Source: Eutreptiella sp. 'Long Island Sound 2002'
Lineage: Eukaryota > Protista > Euglenida
Assembly: GCA_964036045.1 (NCBI GenBank)
Contig: OZ038378.1
Coordinates: 52,638,001-52,702,000 of the forward strand
Length of the DNA stretch: 64,000 nucleotides
Direction of reading: 5' to 3'
Shown one piece after another: positions 1-12,979 of the stretch. The stretch's first letter is position 1, and every line of letters starts with the position of its first letter. The translations under genes and the position numbers were made by a program. The notes under the pieces are model-generated. The model was not told the origin of the DNA. It was given only the letters and a program-made list of their open reading frames with translations, and ran no database searches.

Positions 1-2610
1 GACATGCAAGGCACATTGTTTAACCATAGTGCACCCATGGAACATGTCAAAGTCCGGGTGCAGGCATATTTACAACCGGCCAAAATGGGGGGGTTCCGCA
101 CCACGCCCTAGAACCGCGCATCCCAAAACCCCCGCCGATAACCATCGCGATAACTAGTTGGAGCGTGATAACCTAGTGCGTTAAAAGTTAGACCACTCGG
201 TAAGAGCGCGATAACCGCCACGATAACTAGTCAGAGCAGGGGTTAGTGCGCACTATTCACACCTCATGACCTGGGCACATGCCTCTGCCTGGTTCGTTGT
301 TGAGGTCGTCTAGCGCGAGGTTCACCCTGCGTAGCCACATGAAGTCCGTCACGGGCACATACTCCTCCACCTGCCTCGCCGTGAGAGGACACAACCAGGG
401 TCAGCCCCTCGACCTCGGGAGGCACTATGGCCACCCATACATTCGCCTGCCCACCACCAAAATGATGGCCACCGGCACCTTCCTCCCAACATGCTCCTCC
501 ATGCTAGGCTAGGGCACTGCCTCCCCATGGACATGGCACACCTTGGCTAGCGGGCACTGGTCGGGGTGCCCTACCACCCCCCGCTTGGGGTGTCCCACAG
601 TAAGGAGGTGCATAGCAACCCCGCCTTACTGAGTTGGATGCTGACCACCGCCCCCATGCATGTGTCCCACTTGAATTTTTCCACTTTTGGTGATGCAATG
701 CACTATCCTACATCTACGCAAGGGGTGTATAACGCCCCCCCCCAAAACAAAACTCCATGACACCGCAATATGCCGAAACCGCCCAATACTGAGTAACCCC
801 CCTTATTTACCCCCTTACGAACCCAGTAACCCAACTCAATGAGGGGGTTTACCAACACCCTTACTACCTGCGTGTGCCGTGTTGTAAATGCCATTGTGAC
901 ATGGGTAGGTTGGATGGCTGAGGAGTGGGGTACAGCCGACCGCAGCAAGCGGCAAGCTATAAAAGAATTACATGCTCTTTGGGAAGTTGAGGCTATCCCA
1001 CTTGCAGAACGCTTGCAGCAAAAAAAAAACGAAGGAAGGCAAGTTTGGTTTGACCTCCAGTGCCATATCCTGGGGGAATCGCAAAAAGCAATAGAAGTTG
1101 GTTGCAATTTTGAGCAACCACTTCCCGTTGGAAGTGGTCGCCCCAAGTGTCAATGCGTGCCCACATTGCCATTTAGCTATTGATGCGGTCTTTTGCATCT
1201 ATGTACAGCTTGTGGCAGGAAAAGGATTACTTAACCCCCACTCAAGTTGCTCAAGCTCCAGACCACGCCGGTCAGGTTGGCGAGTGCATGTTGGACTGCC
1301 TTGGGCTGGAAGCCCACACCACGAGCCCATTGGCCCGCATGTCATAGTGGGAATATTTTGGGGATGTATTGTGTTTGTACATGTTCTCAAGCATCCCCAT
1401 CGAGTAATACACGCAACCGGACCTTTAAGATTCGGTTGAAAAACTCTATGACAGGGTGGAGCCTAAAGAGGCCGAGAGGAACGCGCCGTGGCATGGCCCA
1501 CGTGATCAAAACGGATGCACTCGCATTAGCTGAACAAATGAGGAAGGCCAAGGAAGGACAAGGGCAGGCCTTGTTGGCACGCAAACGACGAAGCGCAGAG
1601 TTATACATATGATATTTGCTTGATTCTTTGTGCTCTGATGTTGCTTTGGTGGAAACTCAATAAGGGGGGTCAATAGGGGGGTTAATGAGGTAGTAAGGGG
1701 GGTCACTAAGGGAGGTTGCTATGGTAGTAAGGTGGTTCATGAGGTAGTAAGGGTGTCGGTAAACCCCCTCACTGAGTTGGGTTAGTGAGTTAGTAAGGGA
1801 GGTAAATTAGGGTGGTTGCTGAGTATTGGGCGATTTCGGCATATTTTGGTGTCATGGAATTTTGGGGGGGGGATTATACACCCCTTGAGCGGATGTAGGG
1901 TGGTGTATTGTAGCACCAAAAGTGGAAAAATTCTAGCAGGACACATGCATGGGGGGGGGTGGTCATTATCCAACTCAGTAAGTGGGGGTTACTATGCACC
2001 CCCTTACTGTGGGACACCCCATGGGGGGTGGGGGGGCACCCCGACTAGTGCCCCTTGGGTAGGGTGTGCCATGTCCATGGGGAGGCAGTCCCCTAGCCCA
2101 GCATTGAGGAGCATGTCGGGAGGAAGGTGCCGGCGGGCACCATTTTGGTGGTGAGGAGGGAAATGTATAGGTGGCCACAATGCCTCCGGAAGTTGAGGGG
2201 CCGGCCCAGATGGTGGAGTGTCAGGAGCAGGCAGGTGGAGGAGTGTGTGCATGTGCTAGACTTTACGTGCATGGCTACGGAGGGTGAACCTCGCGCTGGA
2301 CAACCTCAACGAGGAACCCGGCAAAGGCATGTGCCCATGTCACCAGGTGTGAACAGTGCGCACTTACCCCTGCGCTGGCTAGTCATCGTGGCGGTTATCC
2401 GGCTCTTACCAAGTGCTCTAACTATTAACACACTAGGTTATCGCGTTCCAACTAGTTGTCGCGGGGGTTATCGGCGGCGGTTATGGGATGCGTTGTTCTA
2501 GGGCGTGATGCGGAACCCCCCCAATTCGGGCCGGTTGTTAATATGGTTGGAACCCGGATTTTGACATGTTCCATGGGTGCACTATGGTGAAACAATGTGC
2601 CTTGCATGTC
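1..2610. mobile_element. Foldback-like element with ~870-bp imperfect inverted arms (1-870 vs ~1740-2610) and a decayed coding spacer; may extend left of the window
   Basis: 1-50 (gacatgcaaggcacattgtttaaccatagtgcacccatggaacatgtcaa) is the reverse complement of 2561-2610 with one mismatch; arm homology continues inward to ~870/~1740. The spacer holds only broken ORFs (839-1183, 1247-1612). Confidence 0.85.
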
Positions 2611-3519
2611 TCATTTGCTCAATATCGCCCGTTTTGCGGTTTTTTGCGTTTTCCTCTTTTTCTGCTCTAACTGGTTAGAATAGGGTGAGTGCATAGTTAC
2701 TGCGAGGGCTATCGTGCAATACCGTCGTTATCGCGTGGGTTATCGCAGTAGTTGTCGCGGAGGTTATCGCGTTTCGTTTGCTGTTGTTCCAGGGTCCCCC
2801 TCTTGGTATTAGACCTCGAAATTCTTGATCATGGTCCTTGCCGCCGCTCATGCTTGGTGCGATCCCCAACAAAAGCTCCTTGGTATTTGTCGCCTTGGCG
2901 GACCATAGGGGTTTATGATGGGCTGACACCTCGTCGAGCCGCCGTGTCACGGGTAATTTTGAGAAGGGTGTGGATTTTGGACTCACCATCCATAAGTCTG
3001 CCTTACTTACTGAAGACAAAGCCCGCATGCTTCTCAGCAACTACATCTTTGAGTTGTGGGAGGTAAATCCAGGGGATGCTAGATTTCGAATCCACGTCCA
3101 TCCGGAGGGTATGGAGGTGCTCGTGGAACATGTCACGGCCCAAGCCGGGAAGGGTGCAGGGACGAAGGTGCCCTGCATGTGGGCCATGAGAAGGAGGAGG
3201 ACGACGATGAAACGGAGGAGGAAGGTGAGGAGGAGGTGCGTGGGGGGGTGGGGGGGTGGGCAAGAGGAAGGACAAGCCCCACCACCCCGTCATGATTACT
3301 GTGCAAAAGGTAAGAATCAAGCCTCGTAAGGGGAAGGGGAAGGCTGATGGTTGGTTTCCTCAACCCCCAACCACAACACCCGCTGGGTCCTGGACCGAGG
3401 ACCCAGAAACCAAGCTCCCTATCCACTCGCTTTGCGCCACAAGGGAGTGGGAGCGTGAGTGGTATGGGGTCACCATTGCCAACATTTGTTCGGGGCAAGG
3501 GGGTGATTCCTTTCCCGGT

Positions 3520-4353
3520 TGAGGCCACACCTCCCCTTCTTGGAGAGGCCAACAAAGTGGTTGAGGCAGAGCCCAAACGGGCATTTAATAGGGATCCAAG
3601 AGATCTTGTGTTTTACACCAATGGGGATAGTTTGGGGGTGAAGAACTTGCTTGAGCACTATTTTCTGAGTCATGTGCAGCTCGAGAGTCTTTTGGAAGAC
3701 TTTGGGAAGGTTCCTCTCATAGAGAAGGCAGCCATTTTCAATGAGAACCCCCCCATTCTGGGCAGGCCCAAGCATTGAGGGGCCCGCTGCACTATTTTGT
3801 TTGTGGTGGCCGCAACCACCGCAAGCACCACCCCCATATATTTCACGATTTGCCAGTTCTCAAAAGGATCGCACATCGTGTCTATGCCATGGCGAAGAAG
3901 GGGGTGGGGGCTGGTGGTCCGGTGGAGCTGCACCATTCTGGACATGGACAAGTCGCGTGCTGTGACCACACCCCGCAGCACCTGCATCGTGATGTCCCCC
4001 GCTACACTGTGCTTGAGAGCACTTTGATTCTTCATTGTTTGATGATGCTTGCACATCATCATGAGGCCGAGGATGGCTTAGATTTTCGCTTTGTCCCTTC
4101 AAGTAGTTCCGGGCTCCCGGACCCTTGGGTGAAGAGGGCTGTAACCTTCAAAAGCGGCACTGCTTTTTTTTTCAATGCCCTTGATGTCCACCGAGGGTCG
4201 GGGATTCCAAAGGCCTCACCCACCGGTGAGGCCGATCCCCGACTCATGTCATTTTTTGCCATTCAGCTAACCCAAGCCCCTATTCTCGGGTTCCCCAACC
4301 TCCATGTCTGCGATGCCATCAAGCGGCCCACAAGGGGATGCATTAAGGCCTAG
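3520..4353 (+). pseudogene. PhyH-like 2OG-Fe(II) dioxygenase, one frameshift in a C-run near 3750
   Basis: ORF 3775-4353 has PQHLHRD (HxD), FRFVPSS, KSGTAFFFNALDVHRGSG (distal His) and PRL (Arg), the order expected for a double-stranded beta-helix 2OG oxygenase. Upstream ORF 3347-3778 (...AIFNENPP) joins it by a 1-nt shift. The 5' boundary is approximate. Confidence 0.7.
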
Positions 4354-4989
4354 GTGCCAAGGCGCCCGCGTGTCAGGGGGGGGTTAGCTGCAAGGGGAAG
4401 GTCGTAGCCAAGTGCTACGGTTGCGACCGGGTGGGTTGGTGCACGGCATACAATGATCGGCTGTGCGTGCCATGCCAAGAGGGGGAGCGCTTAGTGTGGG
4501 GGGAGGAGGAGATTTGGGGGGGAGGACCCCAATGGAGTTAGCATGGAGCAATGTACTCAATGCTTCCTCCTGGTTCGAACAACCACCGCGCATTGTTTGT
4601 TGAGGGGCTGGGTGGGAGGGTGGGGGTTGCCCGCCTCTCAACCCAGAAGGTGGAGAGGGTGGCAGGCCACCCCGACCAGTGCCCACCGGCCAAGGTGTGC
4701 CATGGGGCGGCACTGCCCTAGCGCAGCCTGCAAGAACATATTGGGAGTAAAATGCCGGGCACAATTTTTGTGCTGAGGGGGGAATGTATGGGGGATTGGC
4801 CAAGGTCCCTTCGCAGGTCGAGGGGCTGGCACGGGTGGTGGAGTGGAGTCGATCAAAGGAGCACGCGGCCGTGACACACTTCGTGTGGCTGCGGAGGATG
4901 AAGCTCATGCTCAAAGACCATAGGAAGGAGGGCAAATGCATGTGTCCATGTCAGCAATTGTGTGAATGGCGTCTGCTCTAACCGCCACT

Positions 4990-5345
4990 CTGGTTTTTTG
5001 TCAATTCCCTCCTCACCCACACGCCACAATCCTCCAACTGCCACACCTGTTCACGAAGGAGGTGGCCGAGGGAGCCGTAGCACTAGCAGCTGGAACAACA
5101 AAAGCAGCAGAAGCATGGGCCGCCACGCCGGTGGCAGCCCGTGAGGACCTGGAGGTCGAGGAGATCAAGAAGTTGGGGGAGGGGGCAGCGTGGAGGTGGG
5201 GGGAGTCGGCGGATGACGCTTGCCGGCAAGGGGGGACACAATGGTACCACCAGGGGACCATCGTGGCAAAGGAGGTGAGGTGGAGAAGAACATTAACCTC
5301 ACCCTCCCCTCCTATGTCTGGTCGCGTGGGGCGAAGCCTTTGGCC
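4990..5345 (+). repeat. Decayed coding-like segment, copy 1 (LEVEEIKKL..GAAWRWGE..DD.CRQGGTQWYHQGTIV)
   Basis: Homologous to 5760-6110 at both DNA and peptide level. Confidence 0.6.
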
Positions 5346-5759
5346 AAGTGTTTTGCCTTGTTTGTTCAATGAAGGAATGGGGTGCACAATAACTACCCGC
5401 GATAATTACGCGATGACCGAGTGGTAGCGCGATAACTACTGCTCTAACTAGTTAGAGCAAGGGGCTCTATATGTGCTCTAACTTTGCTCTAACTCAAAAG
5501 TGCACCTTGCCCCCCGAGAATCCACCCCTATGATGAGGGTACCTTGGGGAACAAGATTTGATAGGGGCTTTTTGAGGGTGCCGAATCCATTTTTTGGGGT
5601 GATTTGCCCCACAAATGAGGCTACGTGGGTGTTCTAGAAATTATGCGCTAACTAGGGGTTCCGCACCACGGTCTAGAGCAGTGCATCCCATATCGTGTTC
5701 GAACTGAGTTACGTGGAAGTTATGACGGGAGTTACTGCGTGTTTTTTTGAGTTTTTTTC

Positions 5760-6110
5760 GCAATTCTTGTCACCCACAGACCACTATCCTGCACCTGCGC
5801 ACGTGGATTCGAAGGACATGGGCGAGGCAGTCGCAGTAGCAGCACGAGAAGCAGCAAGAGCAGCAGGAGCAACAGGAGGACGGACCGCCAAGCCGGTGGC
5901 CGGCGGCGCAAAGTTGGAGGTGGAGGAGATTAAGAAGCTACTGCAGGGGGCAGCCTGGAAGTGGGGGGAGCGGTGGGATGAGGCGTACCGGTAGGGGGGT
6001 ACGGGATGGTACCACAAGGTAACCAACATGGAAAGGGGGGGGGTGGAGAGGAAGACAAACGTCATCCCCCCCCCTACGTTTGGGTGGGTGCGGGAAAGCC
6101 CTTGGCCAAT
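5760..6110 (+). repeat. Decayed coding-like segment, copy 2 (LEVEEIKKLLQGAAWKWGERWDEAYR*GGTGWYHKVT)
   Basis: Direct repeat of 4990-5345; a TAG replaces the CAA(Gln) of copy 1. Confidence 0.6.
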
Positions 6111-7799
6111 TGGCTAACAGTGCCGACGGACATGTAATTTGCTGGTTGTATGTCCCATTCATTAAGTACATGTAACTTGCTATTTTCTTTTTACAACAAT
6201 CATGGCTGATTTCCCACGTGTTAGACGTACAACGCTGGATGTACCGGGTGCCGGGTTCCGACATTCCTAAGAGTGAGAGGAAGGTGGCGAGCGTCTCCCT
6301 ACTTAATGAATGGGACATACAACCAGATAGTAAATATAATAACACTGCACAGTATGCACAAAGGTCAAGTACAATAGATTAGAGTACATTGCAAACAATT
6401 TGTACTCAAACTCTAATAGAGTCAGACACGCCACAACAATAGAAACATCACTTCACGAAGCTCCAACTACATATGCATGCAAACAGTCTAAGGCTTGTTC
6501 TACAATCCTCCTTCACGGTTGCCAATTGTGATACGTACATAATACCACGGTGGCACCACTGTACATCACGATACAAGAGCAACACAGCAGAAAGGCATAG
6601 AAAAATATATGAGCACATCACATGTAGAATAAGTCCCAATGTGTCATAGTGCTATTATGTCAAACAATACGGGCTCAAAATGGGACATTGTGAAGGTCTG
6701 GGCTGTGCAAAGCCCACCCAAGACAAAAACCCTAATCAGCACCCCTTAAGTACCAAGTATATGAATGCCAGGCTCTGCAGAGGGAGGGTTGTTGGAGAGT
6801 TCTAATATAGGCGTGATTCTGGCACTTCCATCTAGATGATGCAGTGCTTGGTGTGGCACTCGTCTTTGATCATTGCCTACCAGTGTTGTATGCAAGAGTG
6901 GTATACTTGAATCCTATTCCTGCTCACCGAATCGGGGACAATGTTTGGGCCGATTATGTTAGAGCATGTCACGTGGCCACTTGACCACTGTGTACACGAG
7001 CCAATTGTTGTAACAGGTGCGGGCAGAAAGGGAATAACTTGTAGCCTGGGCTCTACAGAGCCCGAAGTTCTGAAATGTGGAAAATTGGGGCCTAAAATGT
7101 CTTACAAAATTGGTATGGGCTTTGCGAAGCCCAACGTGATGCAGATATGCAAATTTGCTCCCCTAGTTTAGCACCTGCAAAAAACCATCTACCACCCTTT
7201 TTTTCGCTAAAACGATCAAACGATCGGGGGCACTATGGGCCTCCTAAGATATATACGCTACTTCCGAGTCCGCTTGGGGGCTTTCTCCTGCGACCCAGTG
7301 GCACACCTTGAGCCCTGCTTCTGCGTGCCATTAGAACCCTCCTCCCGGGGCCTTTTAGCGGGGACAAGCAAGGCAGCAACAAGGTACTTGTCAAGGGTCT
7401 GCTGCAATTCGTTCATAGTTTCAACCCTCCCCCCCAGGGTGATTGCCACATGGTGGCAGGTGCTGAGAGAACTGTGCATCTCAACGGTGGCCGCCTACAA
7501 ATACACCCTAATCGCACCATCACCAAACCCCCATTGTCCACCCCCTCCAACCCCTCGGGCCGGGCACGTTGAGGTTGTTGAGACATGGTGGGGTCTCGCC
7601 ACCGCGAACGGACAAGAGCAAGGGGCCAGCCTTGCTGCCGCAGCTTTGCTCTACTCAGCAGGTCTTTAGCCGGTTCCCGGTAGGCCACCCGCCACGCCGT
7701 GATGCTAGGCGCTAGAGCGATCGGGTCGAGGGCACGGGGGCTCTCTCCACGTACTGGCGATTTGGAGGTGGATAGCCCGTGTCCACCTCTGCTCAGCAA

Positions 7800-8255
7800 G
7801 CGGGAACACCGTCACCGTTCCTAGGCACTTGTGCTTCGCACCCTTTGCTCTTGTCTGTGAACCAGCGATTGGTGGGGCGGGCATGCTATGAATACCTATC
7901 CGGTGGGGACCCGCTTTGGCACACCATCTTTGCTTTGCCTGTTTTACTCTCTATCTACAAAGCGGATGGCGGGGGGGGGATCCCGTGAACACCTTTCCGG
8001 TGGGGACCCACTTTGGTACACCACCTGCGCTTTGCCCGTTTTGCTCTCTATCTACAAAGCGGATTGCGGGGTGAGCATCCCGTTATCAGCTATGCGGTGG
8101 GGACCCGCTTTGGTACACCACCTGCACTTTGCACGCTTCGCTCTTTATCAACAAGAGGGAGATGGGGTGGGCCTCCCATGAACACCTATTCGGTGGGGAC
8201 CCGCTTACGTACACCACCTGCGCATTGCGCGCTTCACTCCGCTTTGCACCACTCT
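7800..8255. repeat. Tandem repeat, ~97-bp unit, ~4-5 copies
   Basis: cggtggggacccrctttggtacaccacctgc...ctctmtatc recurs in units starting ~7890, 7987, 8083 and 8181, with a degenerate copy upstream. Confidence 0.85.
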
Positions 8256-9474
8256 AGTTGTCAGTAAGGTCCATGAATACCTGCCCTCGGCGTCCGACGA
8301 TGAAAGAAGTCGCTTGGAGATGTCATGCTCGGTGGGGGCCTCTATGCGTCCGCTCGACCACGATTCCAAGCCTAGGTTGGGTCTATCGCCGAGGTATCCC
8401 CGTTTAGCAGGGGCGTTGGTTTGGAGACTAGACCAGGCCCAATTCATCCTGCGCCCGGCATGGACGTGGCTATTAATAGTCTAGTCTGTGCACTTGCATC
8501 CCTATCCGTGTGGTGGAGACACGGGGAGTGGGAACCCTTTCCCGGCTATCCGCTGGCACGGGGCTCACGCGGATCACCGGCAGCTCGTCCTCCTGCTGCT
8601 CCTCCCCATGGTAGCTACACCTGCAATGGCGCCACCGGTGCCAGAGGTGCGATGTGCCTGATGCGGCACCCTTTCCGACTCCTCCCTCCTCTTGTCCCAA
8701 GCCTTCTCCCTCCTTTCTCATGTTGTCTCTCAGTCTTGAGATGCTCCTGCACATCCTCCCTTCCCTTCCTATCAACATCCAGTTGAGTTTCTCAAAGCTT
8801 GATTTGGGCCTGCATACGGAAAACTTCCGCCTGCTCCCACAAACTCCGCTCGGCCTGACCCTCAACGACCTTGCCCTCCTTGCCCTCCTTGCCCTTGCAC
8901 GGGGGTCGCTTCCCATAGCCACTCCCTGGACACCCTATCGTGACCGTTACTCTCAAACAAACCCCCCTCGGACGCATGGTCACCCCCTTTGAGGGTCTTC
9001 CGACCCTCGAGGAGTTTGCGGTAACGCAACACGAAGGCATCGGACGCGGCAGTCAACTACGGTGCCCCCCTCAGGGCCCGCACATCACTTCACTCCGCCT
9101 GTTTCTACGCCTGCAGTGGACCAAGCTGGTCAACATGGCACAAAATTAGGCGGTTTCTGGTGGAGGGGCGCTTCACCTGGATGAAGGGCATGGCAGCCAC
9201 CACAATTGGCTTCGGCCCCCCTCCTGGCACAACAGCCCTCTACAACTCAAGAAATGGAAAATTTTCAAAAAATTGGCTGGTAGGGGTTGAGAGATGATAG
9301 CTGGGACCGCCGAAAATGGCAAAAAATTCAGCCAAATCCGGAATTTCTCAAATATATTGTCAAACCAAGACTCGAGGACTTTAGAAATGGATTCTCCACC
9401 CTCAAAATAGTGGGGGTCCCCTCAACTCACAACACCTGAATCGCCTGCACCCCACACCGCTTGTGGGCGGTTTT

Positions 9475-10290
9475 GAGGAAAACGCCACATACGCCCCCAT
9501 TTTAGGTTTTTTTTTGGCCTACTCACGCTACCTACCCCAAGGGGTTGAATCGTTGGTTTAACCCCTCGTAAAATCGTTATTGTAGCCAAGAAAAGGGATC
9601 CCCCAATGCCTTTTTCGTATGAAAAAACTGAAGACACCCCCCCTAAGCACTTCAAACCCACTTTTTTGACGGGGGTGGGGGGGGAGGGCCAAAATATCTC
9701 AAAAATGACCCCCCCTTCTTGTCGGGTCCAAATCATTAATCTTTTCGTTTTTCTTTCAATTTTGAGCCGAAAAGGAGTGTGTGGGTCTTTGCTCCGTGGG
9801 CTTTGTATGGAGCGGATTTGGGCAGGCCCTAATGGACTTGATGTAGTTGTTAGTCGTTTTTGCTACTGGAGGGTGGAAAACACCAAATGCCACTGAACCA
9901 CTTACAAACAGCGATGTTGAGGCTTTTGGGGGGCCCACATCTCTGACTAGATGGGCCTAGTGGTCACTACGTCGGTCCCCATGGGTGTTCAAACATCATG
10001 ATGCCCAGCAAATGATCACCCCAACCCATCCTTGGGGGAAAAGAAGGGTTGTGGACATAATCAAAATTCTATTGCCTTCGGCAAGTCCACCTTGCAGAGA
10101 ATCTACCCCGAGCAACAGACACCCAAAATAGGGTAGAAACCACCTAAATACAGACTAAAATATGGTGTACACACCTTGGATGGTCATTTCAGTTGATCAC
10201 AATGTCAAAAGAAGAGTCTCGGAAACATCGATTTTGAAGCTGCCCACGGTGAAAGAGTGTATAACCAGGTTGTGTACCAATTCCCTTGGC
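9475..10290. repeat. Rearranged copy of the 51.8-55.0 kb repeat family
   Basis: 9475-9830 matches ~51850-52180 in direct orientation (aaaacgccacatac...ctaccccaaggggttgaat). 9860-10290 is the reverse complement of parts of 53400-53530 and 54740-54960 (ggtagattctctgc.aggtggacttgccgaaggcaatag). Confidence 0.8.
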
Positions 10291-10299
10291 GGACCCTAA

Positions 10300-10640
10300 A
10301 GGGGCAAGTGAGCACCATGGCCTCCACCTCCTCGTCGCACCACCTGCGACCGGTAGATCTTGGCGACCATTTGGCCTTCATCGTCCTCAAGCTCCACCAA
10401 CGTATCCTCCCGGCTGGTCACCTTCGAGTACTTGGCCTTCCCGTCTCAGTTCTCCTCAAAGGTTTCCGGCCACGGTACCTCCGAGAGTGCTCAGTCCACC
10501 TGTCCCGTTGGTGACCGCGGAGAGTTAGAGCCGCTGGACACAGCCAGCACATCCTTCAACAATTCCACGCCACTGGGGGGCACGACCGGCACGGCCTCAG
10601 TCTCCATCGCAAAGTTGATGTAGTGGATCCTCATCTGAGA
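10300..10640 (-). pseudogene. Decayed ORF of unknown function with two in-frame TGA stops
   Basis: Minus frame reads MRIHYINFAMETEAVPVVPPSGVELLKDVL...GQVD*ALSEVPWPETFEEN*DGKAKYSKVTSREDTLVELEDDEGQMVAKIYRSQVVRR in GC-rich, codon-like sequence. Confidence 0.4.
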
Positions 10641-12979
10641 AGGAAGATAGGGGGCACATGAATTGTTTATAGCTGGCACACATTTGAAAGCAAGGGGACG
10701 TGGATTAAGTCCTAACTTGGCACGTGCCAAGTCGGGGTTGGGACAAGATGGGCCACCCTGGCGCGCGCCCATTCTTGACTTCGGGGACACTATATTGAGG
10801 ATGGAGCATTTGGGGCAAGTCACGGAGCAAGGGGAAAACCTTAGGAGGCCAATAGTGCCCCCTATCGTTTTTTCGAACGAAAAAAAAAGCATGTTGTGCA
10901 CAAAGCCTAGCCTCTCTGCTGCATACTCAAGCGTAATGGAGGGGTGGTTCCCAGCCAGGGTGTATGAGAAGGAGCAGCGAAACACAATTTGGGAGTGCGA
11001 AGCAGCAAAAAGGCAGCATTTTGGGACCCCGCAGCATATGTGCGCAGCCATTGATTTTGCCCATTATGGAGGTATGAAATACGCAAAACAGAGCACCCAC
11101 GCCATAAAACTATGTTTCACAGTCTGGTGTGACAAATGGAGGTTGTTTTTGTCGCCGGCACGTGGTGCCATTGTCTTGGCAATTGCGGTATTGTGACGGT
11201 AATGACGCCCATACATCAACCGCCTGTGAAGAATGTGTACCCTAGAACAATAAGGAACAGCACCTCTATGAAAGGAGGGTGCAAAGTAGCATTTTCAAAG
11301 GCTCGGCTCTGCATAGCCCACGACCATGAAACTCATTAAAAACGAGGGTAATAATAGAGGATTCTACACCAGCATAACAATGTACAGGCAAACACGTAGT
11401 ACCGGTGCCTGAAATTGGGAATTTTTACCAGTTGGGTTCTGCAGAGCCTAGCTCAATAGAAACAACAGAAAGCACACATGAATTACGATAATGATAAACA
11501 CGCTCGACCACCAGTGTGGTACTGCATACCATAAGCGGCGCAGTGTCCAGCCCCCCCCCCCCAAAAAAATTTCAGACCCAACATAAGCCAAAGACCACCA
11601 CAGCACCAGTGATAGACAAGGCATGGCAGCTGCATACATACCAGTCGCCGAGTGTAAAGCGCAAACACATTGAGAACAAAGCACAAAAATTGTAAAAGCC
11701 TGCACGTGCGTTGTAGGAGGTCCGTCAGAAATGTGGAATTGGATGTTGTACTTACTACAGACTGATGTGCCCCCACATGTGGTGCATAAGCACCTACTAA
11801 CACCTGGAGGCAAAAAGTTTTTCCCCCCTTCTAAATCCCGAGCGAATGAGGAATTGTCAAAAGCTAGTCGACACCAACGAACACCGGTCACAAATGGCAC
11901 CAGAAAATGTATCATCACACAGTGGTCAGTGGCAAAGCAGTGTCCAACATATGCACTGTGAACCTCTGGATAAATAAAAAAAAGTTGGCCAAACAGATCA
12001 ATGAACTTGGGGCATACATGAAGGCGCGAAATGTAATTTGGCCCAGCGAATGGTGGCAAACCCATGACAAGCATACATACTGGAGATCGGACTCTGGGCA
12101 TACCTGAAAAACTCAAAATGACACACACATTCGCCTCAGCTCTGCAGGGCCTAGGCCCAGTTAACAAACCATGTCAGGAATCAATCGACGGTACATATTG
12201 CATTTGGGGTTTGTACTGCATGGGGTGTTGAAAAAATAGCACAGAAACAGAGCATTTGGGGCTCATGGACACAAACTTGGCCCCGTATTTGCACCAAAAT
12301 TGTGAACAAACTCGACAGTTCATACACTGTGTCGAGGGACGTACCAAAAGAAATGCTACAGCACAATGCTGTCTTCTTACCACCAAACTCATAGGGACTA
12401 CACCATGCTGTTGAGATGAGGGCAACATTGCAACCCTCTAGACAACATGCAAATTTCACCAACAAAGCTTGCTGGGCTCCGCAGAGCCCAGCAGTACAAC
12501 GTTCCTCATATTTTGGCGCCAATCACTCAAATCCGGAAGGATGGGCTCTGCAGGACCTAGCTCAGTGCAAACTGAAAAAATGATATTCAAATTCAGTCAC
12601 AAACACGTACAGTGACAAACAAGACACAATATCCATTGTCCCACAGCTGTTTGGGACTGCACAGGACATGCCCAGTCACATCAGGCCCTCCCAACTCCAG
12701 CACAGTTACGCAATTTGTGGTACTGGTGGTATGTCCGTTATGGTCCGGCGACAGTCATGACCCAGCGATATGTAGGGCTTTTTCTCCTTCTCCTTCTCCT
12801 CCTTTTTACATTGCCGCTCCCGTGCCTCCTCTTGGTTCCGCAACTCGCGCTCAGCCTTCTCCTGCTCCTTCTGTCGGGGTTAATCGGTCTTCCCCTTTGG
12901 TTTCGGAGTTTGCGGATCCGGTACCTCCTCGTTTTCTGACTCACTAGTGTTCGCGTCAGCTGCCTGGTTAGGGGACTCG

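Larger units (their letters stand above)
2660..5465. mobile_element. Putative non-autonomous element bracketed by inverted motif clusters, carrying a 2OG-Fe(II) dioxygenase relic
   Basis: Left cluster 2663-2770 (tgctctaactggttagaa plus gttatcgcg motifs) is inverted relative to the right cluster 5390-5460 (cgcgataac motifs plus perfect palindrome tgctctaactagttagagca at 5440-5459). 4600-4960 is a further copy of the arm sequence at 2030-2360. Confidence 0.5.
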
